Of a DNA stretch of 32,000 nt, positions 1 to 8,940 are shown one piece after another. The DNA is from Opitutales bacterium (GTDB lineage Bacteria; Verrucomicrobiota; Verrucomicrobiia; Opitutales; PNEW01): contig CBDCNV010000001.1 in assembly GCA_965219535.1 (NCBI GenBank), positions 1,680,001 to 1,712,000 of the forward strand, in the 5' to 3' direction. The notes beneath the pieces are model-generated. The model did no database searches. It saw only the letters and a list, made by a program, of their open reading frames with translations, and was not told the origin of the DNA. The first letter of the stretch is position 1, and each line of letters starts with the position of its first letter. Made by a program: the position numbers and the translations under genes.

Positions 1-957
1 TTCAATAATATATACCGTGATTTGTGGAAGACGTCCGGCTATTGGAGTTACCAGGGTGCGGCCAGGCACGCACTTAGCGCTGTTGAGATAGCAATGCACG
101 ACTGCAGAGCCAAGTATTTGGGGATTCCTGTCTATGAACTATTTGGCGGCGCTTTCAGTAATTCAATTAAAGTATATGGTAGTGGTGGAGATTCTGCAAC
201 GCCGGCAGGGGGCCTTATTGAATTTGATTATCTGGAAAAATTAAAAATTACGGCTTTTAAAATTCGCGCTCAAACAGACCAGGTGAACAAAGCGGTGTGG
301 TACCTGAAAGAAGGAAAGAAAAGAGGAATAGAGATCGCGATAGATATGGTGCAAAGCATGTCCATACCCTCAAATTCGGTTTCTGAAGTTGTACAATTTT
401 TAAATGAAGTTAGATCGCTTTCAGACGGGAAAATACTCTTTCTCGAAGAGGCATTAGGCCCGACGGATGGGGATGGCTTTAAAATGCTCCGCATGAAAGT
501 TGATACTAAAGTTGCGGGTGGTGAAATAATCACGACAGCCTCTGAACTGAGTAATCAAATTCAAAAGGGGGCCTACGATATCGCACAACCGGATGGAACA
601 GTGATTGGCGGCATCAGTGAGGTATTAGAGGTCTTTTCTACCGCGAATCGCTATGGATGCCAGGTAATCGTTCACTGTTGGGGTGGTCCAGTGGGAATGA
701 TGGCAAACTTCCATGCCGCTTTAGCAGGTGGGGGAACAATGGCCGAGTGGCCGATGAAACCGTTTCCTCTTCGTGAAGCGATGGTGGTGGAACCTTGGGA
801 CATTCAAAATGGGATATTAACGATAGGAAAGACGCCAGGCCTTGGGGTCGCTTTGACTGAGGAAATAGAAAAAGAATTTTCTTTCCGGGAGGATGCAGTT
901 TATAACTGTGCCGCGGATATGTCCATTGTGCCACCCGATTCTGTATGGGCTGAATAA
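1..957 (+). CDS. Enolase-superfamily enzyme (mandelate racemase / muconate lactonizing enzyme family), 5' end outside the window
   Basis: Frame 1 is open from base 1, so the TTG at 22 in the ORF track is not the real start. Family landmarks in the translation: SAVEIAMHDCRAKYLGIPVYELFGG, FKIR, metal-ligand contexts AIDMVQS / FLEEAL / GGEIITT, IAQPD, HCWGG. Substrate cannot be assigned. Confidence 0.85.
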   Translation, partial: FNNIYRDLWKTSGYWSYQGAARHALSAVEIAMHDCRAKYLGIPVYELFGGAFSNSIKVYGSGGDSATPAGGLIEFDYLEKLKITAFKIRAQTDQVNKAVWYLKEGKKRGIEIAIDMVQSMSIPSNSVSEVVQFLNEVRSLSDGKILFLEEALGPTDGDGFKMLRMKVDTKVAGGEIITTASELSNQIQKGAYDIAQPDGTVIGGISEVLEVFSTANRYGCQVIVHCWGGPVGMMANFHAALAGGGTMAEWPMKPFPLREAMVVEPWDIQNGILTIGKTPGLGVALTEEIEKEFSFREDAVYNCAADMSIVPPDSVWAE

Positions 958-981
958 AAAATTTAATTCCAACCCCTTTCT

Positions 982-2286
982 TTATAGGAGCTTTTTTATT
1001 TCCGTTAAGGTTCTTTGTGTCGCGCCTCGATTGCTCTGATGCCACTTTTTTGCTGCCTTGGTCATCTTTAAGCGTGTCTCTTCCGATTGGAGCAACTCCA
1101 CTGTTACCTTTCTCAATTCCTTCACGTCATTTATTCGTTGCGCTGCTCCGTTCTCAACAAGAATTTCACAAATTTGCCTGAAATTACTTGTTCTGGGGCC
1201 AAAAATAAGTGGCTTACCGAGCGCAGCCGCTTCAACTGGCGTTTGCCCTCCATCGCACGGAGGAAGCGATTTTCCTATGAAAACAAGATCAGCGGTCTGC
1301 GTCAGCAATTTCAATTCTCCCGTCGTATCTGCGACATAAATCATGACTGGTTCTGGCGTCTGCTTGGAAATTGAACGAAAATGAAAGGGAAGTGATTGTA
1401 ATTCGAGCAGGTTTTTAATTTCTCGGTGCCGCTCCGCATGGCGAGGGACAATGAGCAAGCGGCAGTCTATACCTGCATCCAGTGCATCATCAAAAGCTTG
1501 AAGGATAGCTTTTTCTTCACCGGCCCATGTTGAGGAGCCAAGAAAAATAATCATCTCATTCTCAGGATTATTTTTGTCCGGCACAAATCCCATTTCTGTA
1601 ATTAAAGCATCAATCTGTTCGCTATTGAGTTGAGGTTCAATTTCTACATCCAATTTTAAATTTCCCGTCAGGATCAGGTTCTCAGTCTTAGCTCCCAGCG
1701 TTATTAATCTTTCATGATCCTGCTCCGTGGCCGCGAGAATAAGATCGAGTGGTTTTAGTAAAAGGTTGCTGAGGAATGAATATAGAAAGTAGCGGCTGAA
1801 CGAACGATCGGAGATACGCGCATTGATTAAAGCAATAGGGATGCTCCGCTTCATCGCTTGATGGATATGTTCCGGCCACCTTTCCCCTTCCATCAGTAGA
1901 ACAAGGTCAGGTTGAATACGACGCCAGGCAAGGGTGCTGAACAACCAGAAATCAAGTGGGAATATACCTACCGCTGCGGTAGCCGTGAGGTATCGATCAC
2001 GCGCTAATGTATATCCTGTACTTGTTGTTGTCGTTAGTACGACTTCGACTCGATCATCCTCATTAAGCAAAGAGAGTAGTGGACCTATAGCGAGTAATTC
2101 ACCAACACTCACCGCCTGTATCCAAATGCGTTTTACTCCTTTACGTCGTGGAGGAACTCCTTTAATCAGTCCAAATCGATAATGAAAATCCTTTCCGTAA
2201 CCACCGCGTTTGAGCATACGCCTAAGATAGTAAGGCGAGAAAATAAGGAGCAAAGGGATAAATAATACACGGTAGAGCCAAATCAT
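982..2286 (-). CDS. waaA: 3-deoxy-D-manno-octulosonic acid (Kdo) transferase
   Basis: 434 aa. N-terminal membrane helix followed by RIWIQAVSVGELLAIGPLL (the WxHAxSVGE-type motif of KdtA/WaaA). Glycosyltransferase-like C-terminal half (GGQTPVEAAALGKPLIFGP). Confidence 0.92.
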   Translation of the reverse strand: MIWLYRVLFIPLLLIFSPYYLRRMLKRGGYGKDFHYRFGLIKGVPPRRKGVKRIWIQAVSVGELLAIGPLLSLLNEDDRVEVVLTTTTSTGYTLARDRYLTATAAVGIFPLDFWLFSTLAWRRIQPDLVLLMEGERWPEHIHQAMKRSIPIALINARISDRSFSRYFLYSFLSNLLLKPLDLILAATEQDHERLITLGAKTENLILTGNLKLDVEIEPQLNSEQIDALITEMGFVPDKNNPENEMIIFLGSSTWAGEEKAILQAFDDALDAGIDCRLLIVPRHAERHREIKNLLELQSLPFHFRSISKQTPEPVMIYVADTTGELKLLTQTADLVFIGKSLPPCDGGQTPVEAAALGKPLIFGPRTSNFRQICEILVENGAAQRINDVKELRKVTVELLQSEETRLKMTKAAKKWHQSNRGATQRTLTEIKKLL

Positions 2287-2394
2287 TTGAAGGGGGATCG
2301 ATTATTTTTAATTGAACAATTTATCTTCATCGGAGCGATCTTTTTTGAACAATTAGTAAAAATACTTTTCTTTAAGAGAGAGTGTAACAAAAAC

Positions 2395-5256
2395 ATGAAA
2401 CTATATAATAGACTGCGTTCCTCTGCAATTGCTGGACTCTTCGCATTAAGTGGTCTATTCACTCCACTCAACGCCGAGAGTGATTTGTCGTGGGCTCATG
2501 AAACGAGCGACCTCAGTGCGGATCCCAATGTTACCTGGGGTAATCTCGAGAATGGTTTCCGTTATGCGATGATGCCGAACACCGAACCGCCTGATCGCGT
2601 GAGTTTAAGACTTTATGTTAAAGCGGGGTCATTGATGGAAAAAGATGACCAACGTGGTCTGGCTCATTTTCTCGAACATATGGCGTTTAATGGTACGAAG
2701 CATTTCCCCTCTGGAGAACTGGTTGAATACTTTCAGCGATTAGGGATGAGCTTTGGTGCTGATACCAATGCTTATACCAGTTATGATAGAACCGTATATA
2801 TGCTCGAATTACCTCGCAATGATCAAGTGATGCTTGAAGAGGGATTGCAACTCTTGCGTGATTACGCAGATGGGATATTACTAAATGAGGAAGAGATTGA
2901 TAAAGAACGCGGAGTTATTTTAAGTGAAAAACGATCGCGCGATTCGGTTGAATACAGAACATATAAATCTGAACTCAAATTTGTTCTTCCCGAATCATTA
3001 GCTGCTAAACGTTTTCCTATTGGTGAAGATGAGGTAATAGAAGCATCCGATCGCGATCAATTTCTCCATTATTACCAGAAATGGTACCGACAAGATAGAA
3101 TGGTGCTCATTGCCGTAGGTTCGATTGATCCGGAAATTTTAATTCCGCTCATCGAAAAACATTTTATTACATTTGAACAAAAAAAGACATCTCCAGCTGA
3201 ACCTGATCTTGGTGAGATTACGGAAACAGGGGTTGTAACCTTGCTTCACAGTGAACCCGAAGCAGCCGCAACAACGGTTTCTATCCAAACCGTATCCGCC
3301 TCTGCTCAACAATTAGATAGTCGAGCAAAGCGAGCTGGAAAACACTATCGAAATATAGCTGATCAAATGATAACACGGCGGTTAGAGATACTTGCGAAGG
3401 AAGAAAATTCACCCTTTTCCGAAGGGGTCTCCTATTCATACGAATGGTTAAACTGGGTCTATAGTAGCGGGATAGAATTAACTTGCCAACCCAATCAGTG
3501 GCAAGCTGCCCTCGAAACCGCGGAAATAGAGTTAAGACGGGCACTTACTTTTGGCTTTACTCAGAGCGAGCTCGATGAAGCAAAGGCAAAGGTAATTAAA
3601 AACTATGAACAAATGGCGAAAGCAGCAACTACGCGCAAGTCGCGAACTTTAGCTCGGGAACTGGTTCAGCGGATAAGTAAAAATGAAGTATTTACATCTC
3701 CGGGAGATGAACTCTCCCTCGTAAAATCAATACTTGCTGATATTACTCCGGATCTTTGTCATCACGCGCTAAAAAAGGATTGGGCTGCCGGCAAGAGAAA
3801 GATTTTTATCAGTGGCAATTTGAGCTTGGAAAATCCAGAGCCAACTATCCTGGGAGTTTTCAATGAAAGTTTTAAAGTCCCTGTTGAGCCACCTGAAGAG
3901 GTAGAAGATAAGGCATTTGCCTACACCCAATTTGGTCCACCCGGTAAAATCATATCTCGAGGATACAATGACGATATCGATATTACACAGATTGCTTATG
4001 AGAATAATTTAAAGCTTAATATCAAACCTACAGATTTTGAGAAAAATACAATTTATGTTGGTGTGCGGATTGGAGGGGGAGGACTTACTATACCTGATTA
4101 TAAACCGGGATTATCATTTTTGGCTGATTCTACTTTTATCGCAGGTGGCCTTGTTGAGCACAGTGCTGATGAACTAGAGCGTATCTTTTCTGATAAAACA
4201 GTTGATTTAAATTTCTCTGTCGGAACAGATGCATTTGTTTTTACCGGAAAAACCACACCAGAAGATCTGATAAGTCAGCTTCAATTGCTAACCGCGTATA
4301 TTATTGCTCCCGGTTATCGTGAGGAAGCATTGCGTTCAGCGCACAAAGATTTCGATCAGCTCTATGTGAAGCTCAAACACACCCCCCAGGGAGTTATGCA
4401 AAATGAAGTTAGCCGTTTTATTGCCAGTGGTGACGAACGCTTTGGTTATCCGGATAAAAAAAGCGTGCTCACTTATGAATTAAATGAAGTGCGTTCATGG
4501 CTCACCGATACTTTAAAATCTGGTCCCATTGAAGTTTCCATTGTCGGTGATTTGAAGATGGAAGAAACTATTGAAGGGATAAGCGCTACCTTAGGCTCGC
4601 TCCCAGAAAGAAGAGCGACAAAGCCCGATTACAAATTAGAGAGGGAAGTACATTTCGCTCAAGCAAGTGATGCACAGATTTTTCCTTTCCAGAGTAATAT
4701 TCCTAAAGCCGTTTCGGCTGTCTACTGGCCCACGGATGATATGTGGAAGATCAGCCAAACGCGACGCCTTAATGTTCTGTCACTTGTCTTTGACGATCGG
4801 ATGCGCGTGAAAATACGCGAAGAGACGGGTCAGGCATATAGCCCTTATTCCGTAAGCCGACCGAGTGATACCTATAAGCAGTTTGGATATTTTCTCGGGT
4901 TAGTTATGACCACGCCAGAAGAAGTGGCGACAATCGCCAATATAATTCTGGAAATTGGAAATGAATTGCAAGATAGAGGAATTAATGAAGATGAACTGGA
5001 ACGTGCGATCGAACCTTTACTTACCAGTCTTCGTGTGCAAATGCGCAGTAACCGCTATTGGCTCAATACGGTGTTACTCAGTTCCCAGGAGTACCCGCAA
5101 AAATTGGATTGGGCACGCAGTATAACGGAGGATTACAAATCAATTACCGTTGATGACATTAATCTGCTCGCAAATAAATTCCTTAAAGAAGAGAAAGCTT
5201 TAAGGATACTGGTGACTCCAGAGGAACTAAGTGACGGCGAATCCGGATCTGATTGA
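2395..5256 (+). CDS. Secreted M16 (pitrilysin/insulinase) family zinc peptidase, double-module
   Basis: Inverted zinc motif HFLEHMAFNGT (HxxEH) with downstream Glu context (RGVILSEKR). About 950 aa implies two M16 halves. I moved the start to ATG 2395 (MKLYNRLRSSAIAGLFALSGLFTPLNA, a signal-peptide-like N-terminus); the track start at 2287 is a non-ATG extension. Confidence 0.9.
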   Translation: MKLYNRLRSSAIAGLFALSGLFTPLNAESDLSWAHETSDLSADPNVTWGNLENGFRYAMMPNTEPPDRVSLRLYVKAGSLMEKDDQRGLAHFLEHMAFNGTKHFPSGELVEYFQRLGMSFGADTNAYTSYDRTVYMLELPRNDQVMLEEGLQLLRDYADGILLNEEEIDKERGVILSEKRSRDSVEYRTYKSELKFVLPESLAAKRFPIGEDEVIEASDRDQFLHYYQKWYRQDRMVLIAVGSIDPEILIPLIEKHFITFEQKKTSPAEPDLGEITETGVVTLLHSEPEAAATTVSIQTVSASAQQLDSRAKRAGKHYRNIADQMITRRLEILAKEENSPFSEGVSYSYEWLNWVYSSGIELTCQPNQWQAALETAEIELRRALTFGFTQSELDEAKAKVIKNYEQMAKAATTRKSRTLARELVQRISKNEVFTSPGDELSLVKSILADITPDLCHHALKKDWAAGKRKIFISGNLSLENPEPTILGVFNESFKVPVEPPEEVEDKAFAYTQFGPPGKIISRGYNDDIDITQIAYENNLKLNIKPTDFEKNTIYVGVRIGGGGLTIPDYKPGLSFLADSTFIAGGLVEHSADELERIFSDKTVDLNFSVGTDAFVFTGKTTPEDLISQLQLLTAYIIAPGYREEALRSAHKDFDQLYVKLKHTPQGVMQNEVSRFIASGDERFGYPDKKSVLTYELNEVRSWLTDTLKSGPIEVSIVGDLKMEETIEGISATLGSLPERRATKPDYKLEREVHFAQASDAQIFPFQSNIPKAVSAVYWPTDDMWKISQTRRLNVLSLVFDDRMRVKIREETGQAYSPYSVSRPSDTYKQFGYFLGLVMTTPEEVATIANIILEIGNELQDRGINEDELERAIEPLLTSLRVQMRSNRYWLNTVLLSSQEYPQKLDWARSITEDYKSITVDDINLLANKFLKEEKALRILVTPEELSDGESGSD

Positions 5257-5271
5257 TTAAACAATCGTTAA

Positions 5272-5769
5272 TTACCGGTTGGTAAATGATGAGTGCCGCC
5301 GATCAGAGTAAAATTTGTGGCTTCCAATAGTCGTAGTATAATAAAAGTGATTTACCCAATAAGGATTCTCGCCCTTGACCGTGCAATAGTATGTAGATCC
5401 CTGAGTGTTATCGTAAAGCATTCCTCTTTCCATGAGTAATACCAGTTTAACCGCGGATGCGTACATTCTATCTCGCTGAGCACGCCTTAAGATAGGGCTA
5501 TAATCTGGACTCCGTTTTCCCCAAATGCTGTGCATACTGCTGAATTGCCCACGTTTTATCGCCACCCGCACGACGCGTTCAAGCCGATGATCCGCGCGAT
5601 TATAAATGACATTTAGAACCGCCCGCATCCCTTCGATACCATCCGAAGCTGCCTCTAAAACTAAACAAGAAGCAATAATCTGTCTCTCGTAATTGCTTAT
5701 TGCCGCAGCGATAGCCAGATTATAAGAGGCACCTAGCGCAAGAAGGGTAATAAGAACCAGTTTTCTCAT
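5272..5769 (-). CDS. SleB-like cell-wall hydrolase (Hydrolase_2 family), secreted
   Basis: 165 aa. Signal peptide MRKLVLITLLALGASYNLAIAAA. EAASDGIEGMRAVLNVIYNRA..., QFSS..., Y-rich C-terminus typical of SleB/CwlJ-type domains. Confidence 0.75.
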   Translation of the reverse strand: MRKLVLITLLALGASYNLAIAAAISNYERQIIASCLVLEAASDGIEGMRAVLNVIYNRADHRLERVVRVAIKRGQFSSMHSIWGKRSPDYSPILRRAQRDRMYASAVKLVLLMERGMLYDNTQGSTYYCTVKGENPYWVNHFYYTTTIGSHKFYSDRRHSSFTNR

Positions 5770-6001
5770 GTCATGAAAATGGGATAGAGCTAAGTTATTC
5801 AGGCAGTGAGATTATCGGCTAATAGAACTTAACACTTAAGGTTTTTAAAATCACACTATGCATTTCTTTCCACGGATAAAGAAATAGTGCATAATTATGA
5901 GAACTCTAAATCATATACAGCCTCCCTATAACGGTCAATAATATATCCACTATTCAGGTATAAGCACTTGACTCACAGTAGCTAATCTTCTGGATTTTAT
6001 C

Positions 6002-6015
6002 TCCTTATATAAGGA
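6002..6015. promoter_or_regulatory. Perfect 14-bp palindrome TCCTTATATAAGGA, followed by an A8 tract, about 100 bp upstream of the SPFH gene
   Basis: The sequence equals its own reverse complement. It lies in the 344-bp divergent intergenic region between the SleB-like and SPFH genes. A regulatory role is inferred only. Confidence 0.3.
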
Positions 6016-6070
6016 AAAAAAAACTTTGCACTTTTTCATTCTTATCATTTAAGTATCTGCTGCGTAAAAT

Positions 6071-6092
6071 AATTTTAAACGCAATTTTAAAC
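6071..6092. repeat. Tandem direct repeat AATTTTAAAC-gc-AATTTTAAAC (12-bp period) just upstream of the SPFH start
   Basis: Two exact 10-mers at 6071-6080 and 6083-6092. An AGGA Shine-Dalgarno-like element follows at about 6105-6110, ahead of ATG 6114. Confidence 0.35.
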
Positions 6093-6113
6093 ATCTTATA
6101 AAAAAGGAAATCG

Positions 6114-7010
6114 ATGACTAGATATGCATGGCCATTAATCGTTCTAGCAATCATTGTTGGACTCTTACTAATGTTTGGTAGCCGAGTAATCGTTACCGTT
6201 CCGGCGGGTCACGTCGCGGTGGCGACTTTGTTTGGAGAAGTCGAAGCTGAACCGTACAATGAAGGATTACATTTTCCCGTTAATCCGCTTCTTAAATGGT
6301 ATTTTTTTGATGCACGTCAGAAAACCCTTAAGGACCAGGCTAACGTCCCTTCCCAGGACCAGCTTCAGACAAAGATCGACGTTAGCGTCCAGTTTCGTCT
6401 TATTGGGAGTATGGCGGCGAAAATATTAAAAGAGACGGGTTCGTTTGAGGATGCGGTCAATGTACACTTAGTGCCAAATTTGCGCTCGCTTTTGCGCGAA
6501 CAGGGCAAGTCTGTGGAACGAGCGGAAGATTTCTTTGCCGAAGAGACCCAGCAAATGCTTCAAGTGGGCATCGAGGAGGGATTGCGCTCTTATCTTCAAG
6601 ATAAGGGCATAGACGCTCAAGCGGTTCTCATTCGTGATATTACTCTCCCGCCCTTTATTACCCGAGCGATTGAGTCAAAGAAAGAGCGCGAACAGGAAGT
6701 GGAAAAACAAAGGGCTGAACTGGAGAGGTACCGGACGGAACAACAACAGTTGGTTGCCCAAGCTAATGCACAGCGAGAAGCAGCCGAGCAAGAGGCTATA
6801 CAACGCAGGTTGCTGGCCGATGCCCAGGCCTACGAAATTGAAAAAATCAATGAAGCTATAGCGAACAATCCCGCCTATGTTCAACTTCAATCCCTGGAGG
6901 CTCTAAAATCAATTTCTAAGGACCCATCCTCCAAAATATATTTTCTAAACGGAGATAGCCCGCAGCCATTGCCTTTAATGAATATGGGGGAATCTTTGGG
7001 GCGTAAATAA
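6114..7010 (+). CDS. SPFH / band-7 (prohibitin-stomatin) domain membrane protein
   Basis: 298 aa. N-terminal TM helix (WPLIVLAIIVGLLLMF), then VPAGHVAVATLFGEV typical of the start of an SPFH domain. C-terminal E/Q/A-rich coiled coil. One of the few genes here with an AGGA motif upstream. Confidence 0.88.
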   Translation: MTRYAWPLIVLAIIVGLLLMFGSRVIVTVPAGHVAVATLFGEVEAEPYNEGLHFPVNPLLKWYFFDARQKTLKDQANVPSQDQLQTKIDVSVQFRLIGSMAAKILKETGSFEDAVNVHLVPNLRSLLREQGKSVERAEDFFAEETQQMLQVGIEEGLRSYLQDKGIDAQAVLIRDITLPPFITRAIESKKEREQEVEKQRAELERYRTEQQQLVAQANAQREAAEQEAIQRRLLADAQAYEIEKINEAIANNPAYVQLQSLEALKSISKDPSSKIYFLNGDSPQPLPLMNMGESLGRK

Positions 7011-7212
7011 TAGTAGAGAAAACAAGGTATCGTAGACAGTTATAGAGCAGTGTTTTGTTGTAACTGGCTGTCTTGCCGTCTTAGCCTCGAGTTTTAAGTA
7101 GTAAGTGCGTAAGGTAGGCTCTACTTGCCTGGATTATGGCGGGGTAAATGTGATCCACGGTTTATATTTTTTCGGATTTATGATATGTTTCGCATGAATC
7201 AACTTTTGACAC

Positions 7213-8478
7213 ATGTCCACTGAAACAACCAAAGCCTCAGTATCGACTATTCAAAATAGCGGTTTTGACGTTGAAAGAATACGTCGTGACTTTCCTATCC
7301 TGGATTTGCGGATAGGGGATCACCCGCTTGTCTACCTGGACAACGCGGCAACAACACAGAAACCAAGGGTGCTTATAGATTCTTTAAATAAATTCTACGC
7401 TGAACAGAATGCCAATATACACCGTGGGGTCTATTTTTTGAGTGAAAAAGCCACTGATGCTTACGAAAATTCCCGTGTTCGAATCGCCAATTTCATAAAT
7501 GCATCTGATGCGCGGGAAATAATATTTCTCCGAGGAACCACTGAGGCAATTAATCTCGTCGCGCAATCCTTTGGGCGTCGGTTTTTCCAGAAAGATGATG
7601 AAGTCATTATCTCTATTCTTGAACATCATGCAAATATTGTCCCCTGGCAGATCATCTGCGAGCTGACGGGAGCTAAACTCAAAGTAATCCCGATGGATGA
7701 TCGAGGGGTGCTTAATTTAGATGCTTATGAAAAGATGCTCAGTGAGCGCACCCGGATGGTGGCCATCACTCATATATCAAATGCTATCGGAACGGTAAAT
7801 CCTGTTAAAGAAATGATTGAAAAAGCGCACCAATGGGATGTTCCCGTTTTAATTGACGGCGCACAGTCAGTTCCGCATTTCCCCATTGATGTCAGTGCAT
7901 TGGATTGTGATTTTTTTGTATTCTCAGGGCACAAGCTATTCGGACCGACAGGAGTCGGTGTGCTTTATGGTAAAGAAAAATGGCTGCGCGAAATGCCTCC
8001 TTATCAAGGGGGAGGTGAAATGATACGTACCGTAACAATGGAAAAAACCACTTTTAAAGATATTCCGGATAAATTTGAAGCCGGGACTCCGGACATCAGT
8101 GGAGTTATTGGGTTATCTGTAGCGATCGATTATTTTGAAAGTTTGGGTATTGAAGCTATACAAGCTCATGAAAATGATCTTTTGAATTATGGAACAGAAG
8201 CTTTGGAACAAGTTAGTGGATTAAAAATTATGGGTAATGCACCTGACAAATCAAATGTCTTGTCTTTTGTTTTAGCAGACATACACCCCCATGACATCGG
8301 GACTTTTCTTGATAGCGAAGGGATTGCTGTTCGCGCCGGGCACCATTGCGCACAGCCTCTGATGAAACGCCTTGGCGTTTCAGCAACCGCAAGGGCATCC
8401 TTATGTCTTTATAACACGAGGGAAGAGATTGATAAATTAACGTCCAATTTACTGAAAATTAAAAAGTTTTTTAGTTGA
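7213..8478 (+). CDS. sufS: Cysteine desulfurase, group II (SufS/CsdA type)
   Basis: 421 aa. HHANIVPWQ, PLP-lysine context SGHKLFGPTGVGVLYG, catalytic-Cys loop RAGHHCAQPL. Confidence 0.93.
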   Translation: MSTETTKASVSTIQNSGFDVERIRRDFPILDLRIGDHPLVYLDNAATTQKPRVLIDSLNKFYAEQNANIHRGVYFLSEKATDAYENSRVRIANFINASDAREIIFLRGTTEAINLVAQSFGRRFFQKDDEVIISILEHHANIVPWQIICELTGAKLKVIPMDDRGVLNLDAYEKMLSERTRMVAITHISNAIGTVNPVKEMIEKAHQWDVPVLIDGAQSVPHFPIDVSALDCDFFVFSGHKLFGPTGVGVLYGKEKWLREMPPYQGGGEMIRTVTMEKTTFKDIPDKFEAGTPDISGVIGLSVAIDYFESLGIEAIQAHENDLLNYGTEALEQVSGLKIMGNAPDKSNVLSFVLADIHPHDIGTFLDSEGIAVRAGHHCAQPLMKRLGVSATARASLCLYNTREEIDKLTSNLLKIKKFFS

Positions 8479-8927
8479 TGAATGAATTAACAGAGCTCTA
8501 CCAGGAAATTATTCTCGATCACAATAAACGACCACGCAACTATCGCGGGATTGACGATGCGACCCATAGTGCGGAGGGGCATAATCCTCTTTGTGGCGAT
8601 GAGATTTCAGTTTCTTTGCGCTTAAACGGAGACCAGATTGAAGATATTTCTTTTCAAGGTGAAGGCTGTGCCATTTCAAAAGCCTCAGCCTCGTTAATGA
8701 CATCCCTGATAAAGGGAAAATCACTTCAAGCGGCAAAAGAAGAATCTTCCGTTATCAAGCAAATGCTCACTTCATCCGAAGAACCGGATGACTCAATGGA
8801 AGAATTGGGAGATATAATAGCCTTATCCGGGGTGCGTCGATTTCCGGTACGCATTAAATGTGCAACTCTAGCCTGGCACACCTTTGAGGCTGCCCTCAAT
8901 GGAAAGAAGGAGACGACAACTGAATAA
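8478..8927 (+). CDS. sufU: SufU-type Fe-S cluster assembly sulfur-transfer/scaffold protein
   Basis: NPLCGDEI, GEGCAISKASAS and IKCATLAW, the three Cys motifs of SufU/IscU-like proteins. ATG 8478 overlaps the sufS stop (TGATG); the track start 8475 is a TTG one codon upstream. Confidence 0.9.
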   Translation: MNELTELYQEIILDHNKRPRNYRGIDDATHSAEGHNPLCGDEISVSLRLNGDQIEDISFQGEGCAISKASASLMTSLIKGKSLQAAKEESSVIKQMLTSSEEPDDSMEELGDIIALSGVRRFPVRIKCATLAWHTFEAALNGKKETTTE

Positions 8928-8940
8928 TCATAATTGATTA

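Noticed and set aside
2287-2394. N-terminal extensions in the ORF track, here and at 18325-18405, 18923-19060, 20610-20645 and 30139-30189
   Set aside because: The extensions start at non-ATG codons, overlap upstream genes or promoters, and precede an ATG that yields a canonical N-terminus: a signal peptide, a lipobox, the ParB LGRGLD motif, or the IspA start.
5781-5830. tRNA-like start (GGGATAGAGCTAAGTT...)
   Set aside because: There is no T-loop (GGTTCGAATCC-like) and no acceptor-stem complement downstream, so a cloverleaf cannot be built.
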